Positions 49,300 through 59,360 of a DNA stretch of 64,000 bases are shown piece after piece. The stretch spans positions 11,533 through 75,532 of the forward strand of contig JAZULC010000010.1 in the NCBI GenBank assembly GCA_045643605.1, in the 5' to 3' direction. Both the position numbers and the translations under genes were made by a program. The first letter of the stretch is position 1. Each line of letters opens with the position of its first letter. Source of the stretch: Alphaproteobacteria bacterium (lineage in GTDB: Bacteria > Pseudomonadota > Alphaproteobacteria > RF32 > CAG-239). The notes beneath the pieces were generated by a model. The model ran no database searches. It was not told where the DNA came from and saw only the letters and a list, made by a program, of their open reading frames with translations.

Positions 49300-51048
49300 T
49301 TAATTTTCTCCCTCATAAAAAATATATTCTTCAGCACCAATTTCTACATCTTGTTGCACGGATTTACGAACAAGTGTTTCTATTTTAGCACCTTTAAATT
49401 CTTCCAAAACAGCCTTTACTAAAGGATTCTCTTGAATATTACGTTTGTTTTCTTCAAGTTTTTCATTTTCAATATCAGCAATAGTCTTGAGTAAAGAACC
49501 TTTTTCTATCTCAAACTCCCAGTGGTATCCGCTGGCTTCTTCTAATAAATTCTTGAGATTAGAAAACATTTCATTTGTCATTTTATCAGATAATCTTACC
49601 GTTGCCATACCTTTTTCAAATTTTGAAAAAGAAATATCATTTTTTAGTGAATATAACAGCATCATTTTTTTATGATTTTCCAAATAATTCACAAAATCTT
49701 CAATAGAAAACGGTGCTCTATCGGAATTTTCTACTGAGGGCGCAGCAACTTCCTGAATTTTAGGTTTTTCTACATTTTCGTCATTTTCTATAACCTTTAC
49801 AACACTTTTAGAAGTGCTCACACTCTCATTATTATCTGTCTTTTTTAGTGAAATTGATGAAATTTTTAAATCTGCATCAGAGTTTTTTTTTACTTTTTCC
49901 AATAAATCATACGGAGTCGGCAAACTTGCTGAATAAGCAATTCTTAACAAAATCATTTCCAAAGCATCTATTTGTGAAGGTGCAATTTGCATTTCGCTTA
50001 TACCTTTAATCAACATCTGCCAAATTTTAGAAAGCACCTGAACAGAAACTTTATCTACAAGATTACGGCACAGATTTTTTTCATTTTCTGTCATTGCAAA
50101 CAAAACATTAGTATCGTTTACTATTTTTGCCTTTAACAACAAATGGTTGATTTCTATTAAATCATTTAAAATACTTTGCGGATTAACTCCGTTTTTATAC
50201 TGATTTTGCAGGTTCTCTAAAACTTTTTCCATATTTCCGTCAACAAACAAAGAAAACAAGGATAATGTTTGGGTTCTATCTGCCAAACCAATCATATTTT
50301 TAATAACATCATATTTTACTTTTCCATCGCCGATAGAAATAGCCTGATCCAACAAAGACAAGGCATCACGAGCCGAACCATCGGCAATTTTTGCAACTAC
50401 TTCCAATCCGTTTTCATCTGCAGGAATATTTTCTTTTGTTACAATATTTTTCATAAGATTCATAAGTTCATCAATACTCAAACGTTGCAAATCAAAGCGT
50501 TGACAACGAGAAAGTATCGTAACAGGCACCTTTCTGATTTCAGTAGTAGCAAAAATAAATTTTACATGTGATGGAGGTTCTTCCAAAGTTTTTAATAGAG
50601 CATTAAATGCATTTCTGCTGAGCATATGAATTTCATCTATGATATAGACTTTATATCTGCCTAATGTAGGTTTATAACGCACACCATCTAAAACTTCTCT
50701 CATTTCATCAACGCCTGTTCTGGATGCGGCATCAAGTTCAATAACATCAATATGTCTGTCTTCAGTAATAGCGCGACAATTTTCACAAGCTCCGCACGGA
50801 TGGGCAGTTATTCCTCCTTCTCCATCAAGTCCGACGCAATTTAAGGCTTTTGCCATAATTCTGGCTGTTGTTGTCTTTCCGACTCCACGGATTCCCGTTA
50901 AAATATAAGCCTGATGCAAACGATTATTCTTAATAGCATTTGTAAATGTCTGCACAAGAGCATCTTGTCCAACTAAATCATCAAAATTTTGTGGACGATA
51001 TTTTCTGGCAAGAACCATATACTGATTATCATTATTTTCTTGTGTCAT
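49300..51048 (-). CDS. dnaX: DNA polymerase III subunit tau (and possibly gamma)
   Basis: GIRGVGKTT Walker A, zinc module CGACENC, IIDEIHML, SRCQRF. Confidence 0.93.
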   Translation of the reverse strand: MTQENNDNQYMVLARKYRPQNFDDLVGQDALVQTFTNAIKNNRLHQAYILTGIRGVGKTTTARIMAKALNCVGLDGEGGITAHPCGACENCRAITEDRHIDVIELDAASRTGVDEMREVLDGVRYKPTLGRYKVYIIDEIHMLSRNAFNALLKTLEEPPSHVKFIFATTEIRKVPVTILSRCQRFDLQRLSIDELMNLMKNIVTKENIPADENGLEVVAKIADGSARDALSLLDQAISIGDGKVKYDVIKNMIGLADRTQTLSLFSLFVDGNMEKVLENLQNQYKNGVNPQSILNDLIEINHLLLKAKIVNDTNVLFAMTENEKNLCRNLVDKVSVQVLSKIWQMLIKGISEMQIAPSQIDALEMILLRIAYSASLPTPYDLLEKVKKNSDADLKISSISLKKTDNNESVSTSKSVVKVIENDENVEKPKIQEVAAPSVENSDRAPFSIEDFVNYLENHKKMMLLYSLKNDISFSKFEKGMATVRLSDKMTNEMFSNLKNLLEEASGYHWEFEIEKGSLLKTIADIENEKLEENKRNIQENPLVKAVLEEFKGAKIETLVRKSVQQDVEIGAEEYIFYEGEN

Positions 51049-51071
51049 TTACTTTCTACATCATAAAAGGA

Positions 51072-51158
51072 GGAGAAATGCTGACCTTAAAAAATTTTGC
51101 TACGGCTGCTTTCTTCCGAACCTGACCGGGTTCACAAACATCTAACCCAACATTCTCC
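51072..51158 (-). ncRNA. ffs: SRP RNA (4.5S type)
   Basis: - strand reads GGAGAAUG...ACCCGGUCAGGUUCGGAAGAAAGCAGCCGUAGC...CAUUUCUCC; the conserved domain IV motif GGUCAGGUyCGGAAGrAAGCAGCC with a GGAA tetraloop; ends pair; boundaries +/-5 nt. Confidence 0.85.
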
Positions 51159-51257
51159 ATAAACTTTACACATACTGCCATATTTTATATTTTTTTCAAG
51201 AAAAAAAACAATATTCACACAGCAAAAGGAAACTATTATTATATAAAAAATTTCGTT

Positions 51258-52649
51258 CTAAAAATCATCAGCCATCAAAAAGCGTAGAACCTCATCTTTA
51301 TCTTTACCATAAATTTCCGGAACAATTTTTTCTATAAATCCGTAGCTTTCAGACGGATGAAACCATCCTGTTTCCGGATTATCAATTTCTTTAGGTCCTT
51401 GCTCGGTTACTTCAAAAATTTTCATATTATGTTTATTTTGCCCGCTATCATAAAACTTAAATATGCCATTAACTCCGTTAAACCCCTGTTCTCTGATAAT
51501 TTCAGAATTTACATAATCTATATCATTTTTAGCCAAATCTGCCAACATAATTACTGCGTCATAAGCAAATGTATATAAATTTTCCGGATATTGTTTATAG
51601 ACATCATAATATTCTTTTGAAAAATATTTCATATGTTCTTTGCTTAAAGCAGGATAATAAGCGCCATACAATGTTGTTTCTTTTGATAAATCAGCATTAT
51701 CCCAAGTAGAAATTCCGAGAATCATTACCTCTGGAGAAAAAACATCATAATAACCCAGCATTGAAGCAGCTGTTTTCAATTTTGAACCACTTTCAGGAAT
51801 AATTATGGCATCAAAATCAACACCACCCAAACTATCCATAGTCTTTAGCTTTTTTAGTTGTTCATTTGCTTTTTCTTCATCAATATGTGCAAGATTTTCT
51901 ATTTTATTTTTAAGAGTTGCGAGTCGCTGAACCCTTTTATTATAATCAGTCATCTGCTCTAAAAGTTGCGTAAAATCTATGCTTTCAGGAGGATAAAAAC
52001 CTATTTTAATTAACGAAGCATTATTTGATAATGTATTTTCATATGTAGCTTTAGCCAAACTTAATCCATAAGCATTATCAGGAACAATCATCGCAAAATT
52101 TTTGCGTCCTTTAGAAATTGCAAAATCAGTAATGGCAGAAATTTGTTCACTTCCCAACAAACCTATTGTATATATACCTTTTTCTAAAATTTTCGGAGAA
52201 GAAGAAAATGAAACTACAGGTATTTTTTCACTTTTTGTAAAATCTGCAATCGCCATAACTTCCTCTGCCGTTAACGGACCAAACAATAACTGTGCATCTT
52301 GTGATATTGCACTTCTAGCAGCTTGTAAGGCGCCTTCCGGGGTACTTTTGGTATCATAAAAATCTAACACAAATTCCTGATTTTTTAATATCTCAGTTGC
52401 AAGTAATGCAGCATTTTGCAAACCTTCTCCCTGCTTTGAATTTTTTCCGCTTAATGGCAATAACATTGCCGCCTTAAATCCTGAAAATTTTATATTATCC
52501 GATTCAAAACCAGCATATCTTATACCGGACACACCTGTTTGTTTTGAATTTTCTGCACAGCCGAATAACATCAAAATACTAAAAAATATTACACCAATCT
52601 TTTTTATCACTTGCAATTTTTCCCAAAATGTAAAACAATCTGAATGCAT
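51258..52649 (-). CDS. LpoA-like penicillin-binding-protein activator lipoprotein (periplasmic-binding fold)
   Basis: Lipobox ILMLFGC; type-I periplasmic-binding-like body; divergent from rsmI-yraN as in the enterobacterial lpoA locus. Confidence 0.55.
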   Translation of the reverse strand: MHSDCFTFWEKLQVIKKIGVIFFSILMLFGCAENSKQTGVSGIRYAGFESDNIKFSGFKAAMLLPLSGKNSKQGEGLQNAALLATEILKNQEFVLDFYDTKSTPEGALQAARSAISQDAQLLFGPLTAEEVMAIADFTKSEKIPVVSFSSSPKILEKGIYTIGLLGSEQISAITDFAISKGRKNFAMIVPDNAYGLSLAKATYENTLSNNASLIKIGFYPPESIDFTQLLEQMTDYNKRVQRLATLKNKIENLAHIDEEKANEQLKKLKTMDSLGGVDFDAIIIPESGSKLKTAASMLGYYDVFSPEVMILGISTWDNADLSKETTLYGAYYPALSKEHMKYFSKEYYDVYKQYPENLYTFAYDAVIMLADLAKNDIDYVNSEIIREQGFNGVNGIFKFYDSGQNKHNMKIFEVTEQGPKEIDNPETGWFHPSESYGFIEKIVPEIYGKDKDEVLRFLMADDF

Positions 52650-52690
52650 TAGATTTAACCTAAAAAATTTTACTTGTAAAGGGGACAAAT

Positions 52691-53527
52691 ATGGAAAAGG
52701 GATTATATATTGTAGCTACGCCGATAGGTAATCTCAAAGATATTACTTTGAGAGCAATGGAAATTCTGCAAAGTACGGATATTATTGCTTGCGAAGATTC
52801 AAGAGTTACGAAAAAATTGTTTAAATTGCTAAATATCAGTACTGCTAAAAAATTCATCTCATATCATGACCATAATGAAGAAGAATGTTCCCCTTATATT
52901 TTAGAATTACTGCAAAATGGTGAAACTATCGCATTAGTAAGTGATGCCGGATCTCCATTAATTTCTGACCCTGGATATAAACTTGTTTCAAAATGTCGGC
53001 AAGAAAATATATCTGTTTTTCCTATTCCGGGAGCATCTGCCGTCATATCTTCATTACAAATATCCGGACTTCCTACCAATCGCTTTCTTTTTGCTGGATT
53101 TATTCAAAACAAAGATTCTGCTCGCAAAAAGTTATTTACGGAATTACAAAACATCAATTCCACTCTTGTTTTTTATGAAACAGCTTCCAGAATATTGAAA
53201 ACATTAAATATTATGCAAGATTTTTTCAAAAATCGTGAAATTGCCGTTGCCAGAGAACTTACAAAAATATATGAAGAATGCAAAAACGGCTCTGTTGATG
53301 AGCTTATTGATTATTTTTCTAAAAACGAGATAAAAGGAGAATGTGTTATTTTAGTTTCACCTCCTTGTGAGCAATCGCAACTTTCAGAAAAAGAAATTGA
53401 AGATATAATAAAAAAAGAATTATCTAAAAATTCTCTCAAGACAGTTGCAAAAAATTTGAGCGAAAAGTTAAATATAAACAAAAATGAAATATACAAACTC
53501 GGACTAAAAATTAAAAATGAAATTTAA
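52691..53527 (+). CDS. rsmI: 16S rRNA (cytidine1402-2'-O)-methyltransferase
   Basis: LYIVATPIGNLKDITLRA, CEDSR and SDAGSPLISDPG. Confidence 0.9.
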   Translation: MEKGLYIVATPIGNLKDITLRAMEILQSTDIIACEDSRVTKKLFKLLNISTAKKFISYHDHNEEECSPYILELLQNGETIALVSDAGSPLISDPGYKLVSKCRQENISVFPIPGASAVISSLQISGLPTNRFLFAGFIQNKDSARKKLFTELQNINSTLVFYETASRILKTLNIMQDFFKNREIAVARELTKIYEECKNGSVDELIDYFSKNEIKGECVILVSPPCEQSQLSEKEIEDIIKKELSKNSLKTVAKNLSEKLNINKNEIYKLGLKIKNEI

Positions 53528-53876
53528 TCAAACAGGGAAATTTGCTGAATTTATAGCACGCATGTATATGCGTTGTAAGGGGTATCATATTATAGAAAAA
53601 AATTATATTACCGGAAAAGGCACGACAGCCGGAGAAATAGACTTTATTGCTAAAAAATATAATCTTGTAATTTTCGTAGAAGTAAAAAAACGTCAATCCA
53701 TTGAAAAAGCAGCTTATGCTATTTCTTCAACTCAAAAAAAGCGAATTTTACGTGGTGCCGGCGCTTATTTAAAAACAAAACCCCAACTTCAAAATTGTGA
53801 CATACGCTTTGATGCTATTTTATTTACACCACCATATTACATCAAACACATTCAAAATGCTTGGCAAGAAAACTAA
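53517..53876 (+). CDS. yraN: YraN/UPF0102 endonuclease-like protein
   Basis: GEIDFIA...VFVEVK motif; follows rsmI. Confidence 0.8.
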   Translation: MKFNQTGKFAEFIARMYMRCKGYHIIEKNYITGKGTTAGEIDFIAKKYNLVIFVEVKKRQSIEKAAYAISSTQKKRILRGAGAYLKTKPQLQNCDIRFDAILFTPPYYIKHIQNAWQEN

Positions 53877-54613
53877 TACTCAACTTTATAAAAATACAAT
53901 CCGCAGGCAGGTGCCGTAGGTCCGGCTTTTGCCCTTGATTTTGCTTCTAAAATTGTTTTTATATCTTCAGGTTTCAAGTGTCCGTCTCCAACCATTTTTA
54001 ATGTACCGACCATATTACGCACTTGATGATATAAAAACGATTTTGCCTCTACATAAAATGTTATTTCATCACCATTTTGAGAAATATCTAATTTATTCAA
54101 AGTTTTTATTGGTGACAATGCCTGACATTCTGCTGCACGGAAAGAACTAAAATCATGATTACCCAACAAATACCCGGCACCTTCTTTCATTTTATCAATA
54201 TTCAAAGGAACAGGAACCCACCAAACTCTGTCTTTTTCTAAAATTGTCGGAGCTCTGCGATTTAGAATTTTATAAATATATGACCGCATTTTAGCAGAAA
54301 ATCTGGCATTAAAATTATCATCCGTTTTTTCTGCACGCAAAACACTAACCGGTGCATTAAGTGTGCGCAAATGAAAGTTCATTGCTTCGCACAATTTGAA
54401 ATCATCAAATTCTTTTATCATATCAAAATGTGCCACTTGTGCGATTGCGTGTACTCCGGCATCTGTTCGCCCTGCCCCGAAAACCTCACAATCTTCACCT
54501 GAAAAATTTTTAATTGCACAAGATAATAAGCTTTGTACACTTTCACCTTCAGCCTGTTTTTGCCAACCGACTAAATTTGTACCATCATATTCTATTGTTA
54601 TTTTATATCTCAT
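53873..54613 (-). CDS. truA: tRNA pseudouridine38-40 synthase
   Basis: GAGRTDAGVHA catalytic motif. Confidence 0.92.
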   Translation of the reverse strand: MRYKITIEYDGTNLVGWQKQAEGESVQSLLSCAIKNFSGEDCEVFGAGRTDAGVHAIAQVAHFDMIKEFDDFKLCEAMNFHLRTLNAPVSVLRAEKTDDNFNARFSAKMRSYIYKILNRRAPTILEKDRVWWVPVPLNIDKMKEGAGYLLGNHDFSSFRAAECQALSPIKTLNKLDISQNGDEITFYVEAKSFLYHQVRNMVGTLKMVGDGHLKPEDIKTILEAKSRAKAGPTAPACGLYFYKVEY

Positions 54614-54706
54614 TATTTCAACAAAAGCCCTTTAAGATTATAAGGTACATTAATACCCCGTTTATAAAAATTTGCAAATAATATTTTTAACTATTGATTA
54701 CTCCAC

Positions 54707-54742
54707 AAAAAAACGCCCTCTTGCTACAGAGGGCGTTTTTTC
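54707..54742. terminator. Bidirectional terminator downstream of eno
   Basis: acgccctc / gagggcgt stem flanked by A- and T-runs. Confidence 0.8.
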
Positions 54743-54756
54743 ATTATTAAGAAAAA

Positions 54757-56046
<1,290 letters not shown>

Positions 56047-56307
56047 CTAAAATATAATTAAACTGCCTATAAATTCTGTCATTTTTTATTGATTGTCAAG
56101 AAAAACATCAAAAAATTTCCTATTTCTTTACTTTTAGTGTATATGATTAAGCACTGTTAAAGGAAAAACCTTATAAATCATTACATTATAAATATTTTTC
56201 TAAACAAAATTCTACGGACTATCTTTAAAATTGCGTTTTTTCTATTATATGATTCGCAATCGGACTTTTAAAATTAACTTATTTCTGTAAAACGAAAGGA
56301 TAATTTT

Positions 56308-56946
56308 ATGAGAATTTTATCGATAGACGACAACTCTTTATTTCAAGACGAACTAAAAAAAATTATAATTGAAACTTTTCCGGATGTAAAACTTTTCCAG
56401 ACAGAAAATATTACATCAGGAATGAAACTTTTAAATAATGGTGATAAATTTGACATAATCATTACTGATTTGGATATTGCTGAAGTTGCCAAAGAGAACA
56501 TGTTGGCTTCGCTGATAGATTATGCTTATGATTCATCTGTTTTTGTAGTTTCTTCTGCTGAAAATCCCAATACAATTCGCAAACTATTCTCAATAGGAAT
56601 AAAGGGATATATTACAAAAAAAACGAGCTCTAAAATTATCAGTTTAGCTTTACAATTAGTTGCCTATGGCGAGAAATATTTACCCCCGATTTTATTGGAA
56701 AAAGATACAATGTTGCCGACATATTCTAAAATAAATTCAATATTTGCGTTGCCAAAAGCTCTGACTAACAGGCAAAGTCAGGTCCTTGATTTGGTAGCGC
56801 AAGGCAAATCAAACAAACAAATAGCTTACGATATCGGGGTTTCAGAAGCCACCGTAAAATTACACATAAACGCGTTATTGCGTTCCTTACATGTTACCAA
56901 TAGAACACAAGCTGTAATAACTGCACAAAAAATGGGCATAATATAA
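56308..56946 (+). CDS. Orphan LuxR/FixJ-family response regulator
   Basis: Receiver residues (DD, TDLD, K in GYITK) plus a C-terminal LuxR HTH (LTNRQSQVLDLVAQGKSNKQIA); no kinase gene adjacent. Confidence 0.8.
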   Translation: MRILSIDDNSLFQDELKKIIIETFPDVKLFQTENITSGMKLLNNGDKFDIIITDLDIAEVAKENMLASLIDYAYDSSVFVVSSAENPNTIRKLFSIGIKGYITKKTSSKIISLALQLVAYGEKYLPPILLEKDTMLPTYSKINSIFALPKALTNRQSQVLDLVAQGKSNKQIAYDIGVSEATVKLHINALLRSLHVTNRTQAVITAQKMGII

Positions 56947-57013
56947 AATGTTCTAATAAAAATATGTTCAGTATTTTACATCATCTCCGTGAACTAACGG
57001 AGCAACATCTGCT

Positions 57014-57862
57014 TTACAAATGACGAGTGATTTTTTCTCTGAATAAAGCTATTTCTTGCCGGTAACCAAAATTATCATTCGGAGTTTCTAAAATAAAGAT
57101 ACATTTTTGTTTTATTAACCGATTCACAAGATTTATTAAAGATTGCTCACCTATGCTTCCCTGTCCGATTTTTTCATGGCGATCTTTATTTGAAGCAAAA
57201 GGCATTTTGCTATCATTTAAATGAACAGCTTTTAATTTGCTTAATCCTATGATTTTATCAAATTTTTCCAAAACATTATCTAAAGAATTCACTATATCAT
57301 AACCGGCAGAATAAACATGGCAAGAATCTAAACAAACACCTATTTTATCCTTTTGTTCAACCAAAGTGATAATTTCTGCCAATTCTTCAAAAGAACGGCC
57401 TATTTCAGTACCTTTTCCGGACATGGTTTCTAACAAAATCGTTGTTGACTGCACATTATCCAAAACCTTATTCAGTAAATTTGCAATATATTTAATTCCT
57501 TCATTAACTCCTATTCCTGTATGACTTCCCGGGTGAAAATTATAATAATTATCCGGAATCATTTCCATTTTACGCAAATCATCAATCATACAAATTTCTG
57601 CAAACTTTCTTGTTTCCGATTCTTTTGAGCAAGGATTCAATGTATATGGGGCATGCGCTAAAATTTGTCCGAAACATTGTTCCTTCGCAAACTTTTGATA
57701 TTGTTTTATATCTTCAATTTGCCATTCTTTTCCTTTTCCTCCTTGCGGATTTCTGGTAAAAAACTGAAACGTGTTAGCCCCTATAGATACAGCTTCTTCC
57801 GCTATATGTAAAAAACCTTTAGATATAGATAAATGACAACCTATTTTTAATATATCATCCAT
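57014..57862 (-). CDS. nfo: Endonuclease IV
   Basis: TIM-barrel AP endonuclease motifs (HAPY, HPGS, LETM, HLNDS). Confidence 0.88.
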   Translation of the reverse strand: MDDILKIGCHLSISKGFLHIAEEAVSIGANTFQFFTRNPQGGKGKEWQIEDIKQYQKFAKEQCFGQILAHAPYTLNPCSKESETRKFAEICMIDDLRKMEMIPDNYYNFHPGSHTGIGVNEGIKYIANLLNKVLDNVQSTTILLETMSGKGTEIGRSFEELAEIITLVEQKDKIGVCLDSCHVYSAGYDIVNSLDNVLEKFDKIIGLSKLKAVHLNDSKMPFASNKDRHEKIGQGSIGEQSLINLVNRLIKQKCIFILETPNDNFGYRQEIALFREKITRHL

Positions 57863-57972
57863 TTTAATTTGCCCTATATATTCATCTTTACTAAAATTAA
57901 AATCTAAATAAACAACTGAAACTTTTATTTTTTAAAATTTAAGCCATTTTTATAAATTTAATAAAATTCTGC

Positions 57973-58001
57973 TTGACATAATATACAAATGTATGTATTA
58001 A
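57973..58001 (+). promoter_or_regulatory. Sigma-70-like promoter for rpmB
   Basis: TTGACA-N17-TATTAA. Confidence 0.5.
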
Positions 58002-58035
58002 CAAGCAAGCGAATAATATTTTAAGGATAAAAAAA

Positions 58036-58320
58036 ATGGCTAAAAAATGTGAAATAAGTGGTACCGGAGTTATGAGTGGTAATAATGTGAGCCACGCTAA
58101 TAACAGAACTCGTCGTCGTTTTTTGCCTAATTTGCAAATTGTTTCTTTAATGAGCGAAACTTTAAATAGAGTTTTCAAATTGAAAGTTTGCTCTAAAACA
58201 TTAAGAAGCATTGAACATAATGGCGGTCTTGATTCTTATTTAGAAAAGACATCAAATACAAAATTAAGCGATGAAGCCAAAAAAATTAAAAAATCAATTG
58301 CTAAAAAGAAAAGCAACTAA
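58036..58320 (+). CDS. rpmB: 50S ribosomal protein L28 (long form)
   Basis: MAKKCEISGTGVMSGNNVSHANNRTRRRFLPNL. Confidence 0.93.
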   Translation: MAKKCEISGTGVMSGNNVSHANNRTRRRFLPNLQIVSLMSETLNRVFKLKVCSKTLRSIEHNGGLDSYLEKTSNTKLSDEAKKIKKSIAKKKSN

Positions 58321-58343
58321 AAGTTTTAGCATTGTAAAATAAA

Positions 58344-58369
58344 GTTCCACATTTTGTGGAATTTTTTTT
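58344..58369 (+). terminator. Terminator after rpmB
   Basis: ttccac / gtggaa stem followed by T8. Confidence 0.75.
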
Positions 58370-58448
58370 GCCCTAATTTTATAAAACATTTTACCATATT
58401 TATTTTCAAAAATCCTCTCTTATATCTCTCCACATAAGGAGAAATTTT

Positions 58449-58808
58449 ATGATTAATCAAAAAGGTAATTCTTTATTTGAGACCATGGCAGCAATCGCTA
58501 TCGGCGCAGTTTTAACCATGGTTGGCGTATCCGTTTATTCTAAAGCAATGGCAAAAGCAAAAGTTGTTGCAGCTACTTATTTGCCGGAAGAATCTTCTCA
58601 TCCGGAATTTGTTTTAGGTCCGTATGATTTATCTCAATTTTTTCCGGAAGCAAATAAAAATTCCCATATTTTTTTGGGAGATGAATGCATTGATGATCTT
58701 GTTTGCAGGCGCTCTTTTTGCGGACAAGTAGAAATAAAAGATCATAAATTTGTTTATGTCCACGTGAGAAATGTTACACACTGCATAACTCAATTAGCAA
58801 AATCTTAA
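58449..58808 (+). CDS. Prepilin-like (type IV pilin/pseudopilin-like N-terminus) small protein
   Basis: MINQKG-NSLFE-TMAAIAIGAVLTMVGVSVY: G-x-S-L-x-E with Glu at +5 and a hydrophobic helix; four Cys in the C-terminal part; aaggagaaa SD. Confidence 0.4.
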   Translation: MINQKGNSLFETMAAIAIGAVLTMVGVSVYSKAMAKAKVVAATYLPEESSHPEFVLGPYDLSQFFPEANKNSHIFLGDECIDDLVCRRSFCGQVEIKDHKFVYVHVRNVTHCITQLAKS

Positions 58809-58886
58809 TACCAAACATTGACAAATTATTTTTTTTATGTAATTTTATACTATATTTTATATTATTAACCCCTAAATTTATATATT

Positions 58887-59330
58887 ATGTTATTAGTTTC
58901 CCTTTTACTTTTAGTTTTTGCCGGTATCTGTGTCGTTTTAGAAGGTCACATGCTTACTTACATTTTAGCTGTTTGCTGTATTACCTTTTTTGTTGTCGAA
59001 CTCTTTGAGCATGCAATCAAAAGACAACATTTGTTACGACCGGAAGACAAACGAAAAAGCAAAGACGATTATCAGAACATTCTCGCCTTTGAAATGCGTG
59101 TCGGTACTAAAGCTTTGTTTGAAGAGTTTGATGAAGACGTAATTCAACATGTTTTATCTGACATGAGTGTTGAAGAACTGGCTTCTGTAGCAAGAGCTAT
59201 TCCCAGAAGAATGAATGATGTCTTTTTTGAAGACTGTGATGCTACTACTGATGCACTAGAGCGAAAATTTCAACAGAATTACAGACGATTACAAGCACTC
59301 ATCAATATTGAGATTTGTCATCGTTGCTAA
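58887..59330 (+). CDS. Hypothetical membrane protein (2 TM plus a charged soluble tail)
   Basis: ORF track; hydrophobic N-terminus; terminator at its 3' end. Confidence 0.45.
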   Translation: MLLVSLLLLVFAGICVVLEGHMLTYILAVCCITFFVVELFEHAIKRQHLLRPEDKRKSKDDYQNILAFEMRVGTKALFEEFDEDVIQHVLSDMSVEELASVARAIPRRMNDVFFEDCDATTDALERKFQQNYRRLQALINIEICHRC

Positions 59331-59332
59331 TT

Positions 59333-59360
59333 AAAAAGGAGCTTTAAAGCTCCTTTTTTT
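59333..59360. terminator. Bidirectional terminator between convergent genes
   Basis: ggagctt / aagctcc stem flanked by A- and T-runs. Confidence 0.8.

Noticed and set aside
57939-58211. - strand ORF of 90 aa overlapping the rpmB promoter and start; likewise 20361-20588, 41572-41784 and 52660-52857
   Set aside because: These are short AT-rich ORFs spanning intergenic promoters and overlapping well-supported genes, with no SD or recognisable features.
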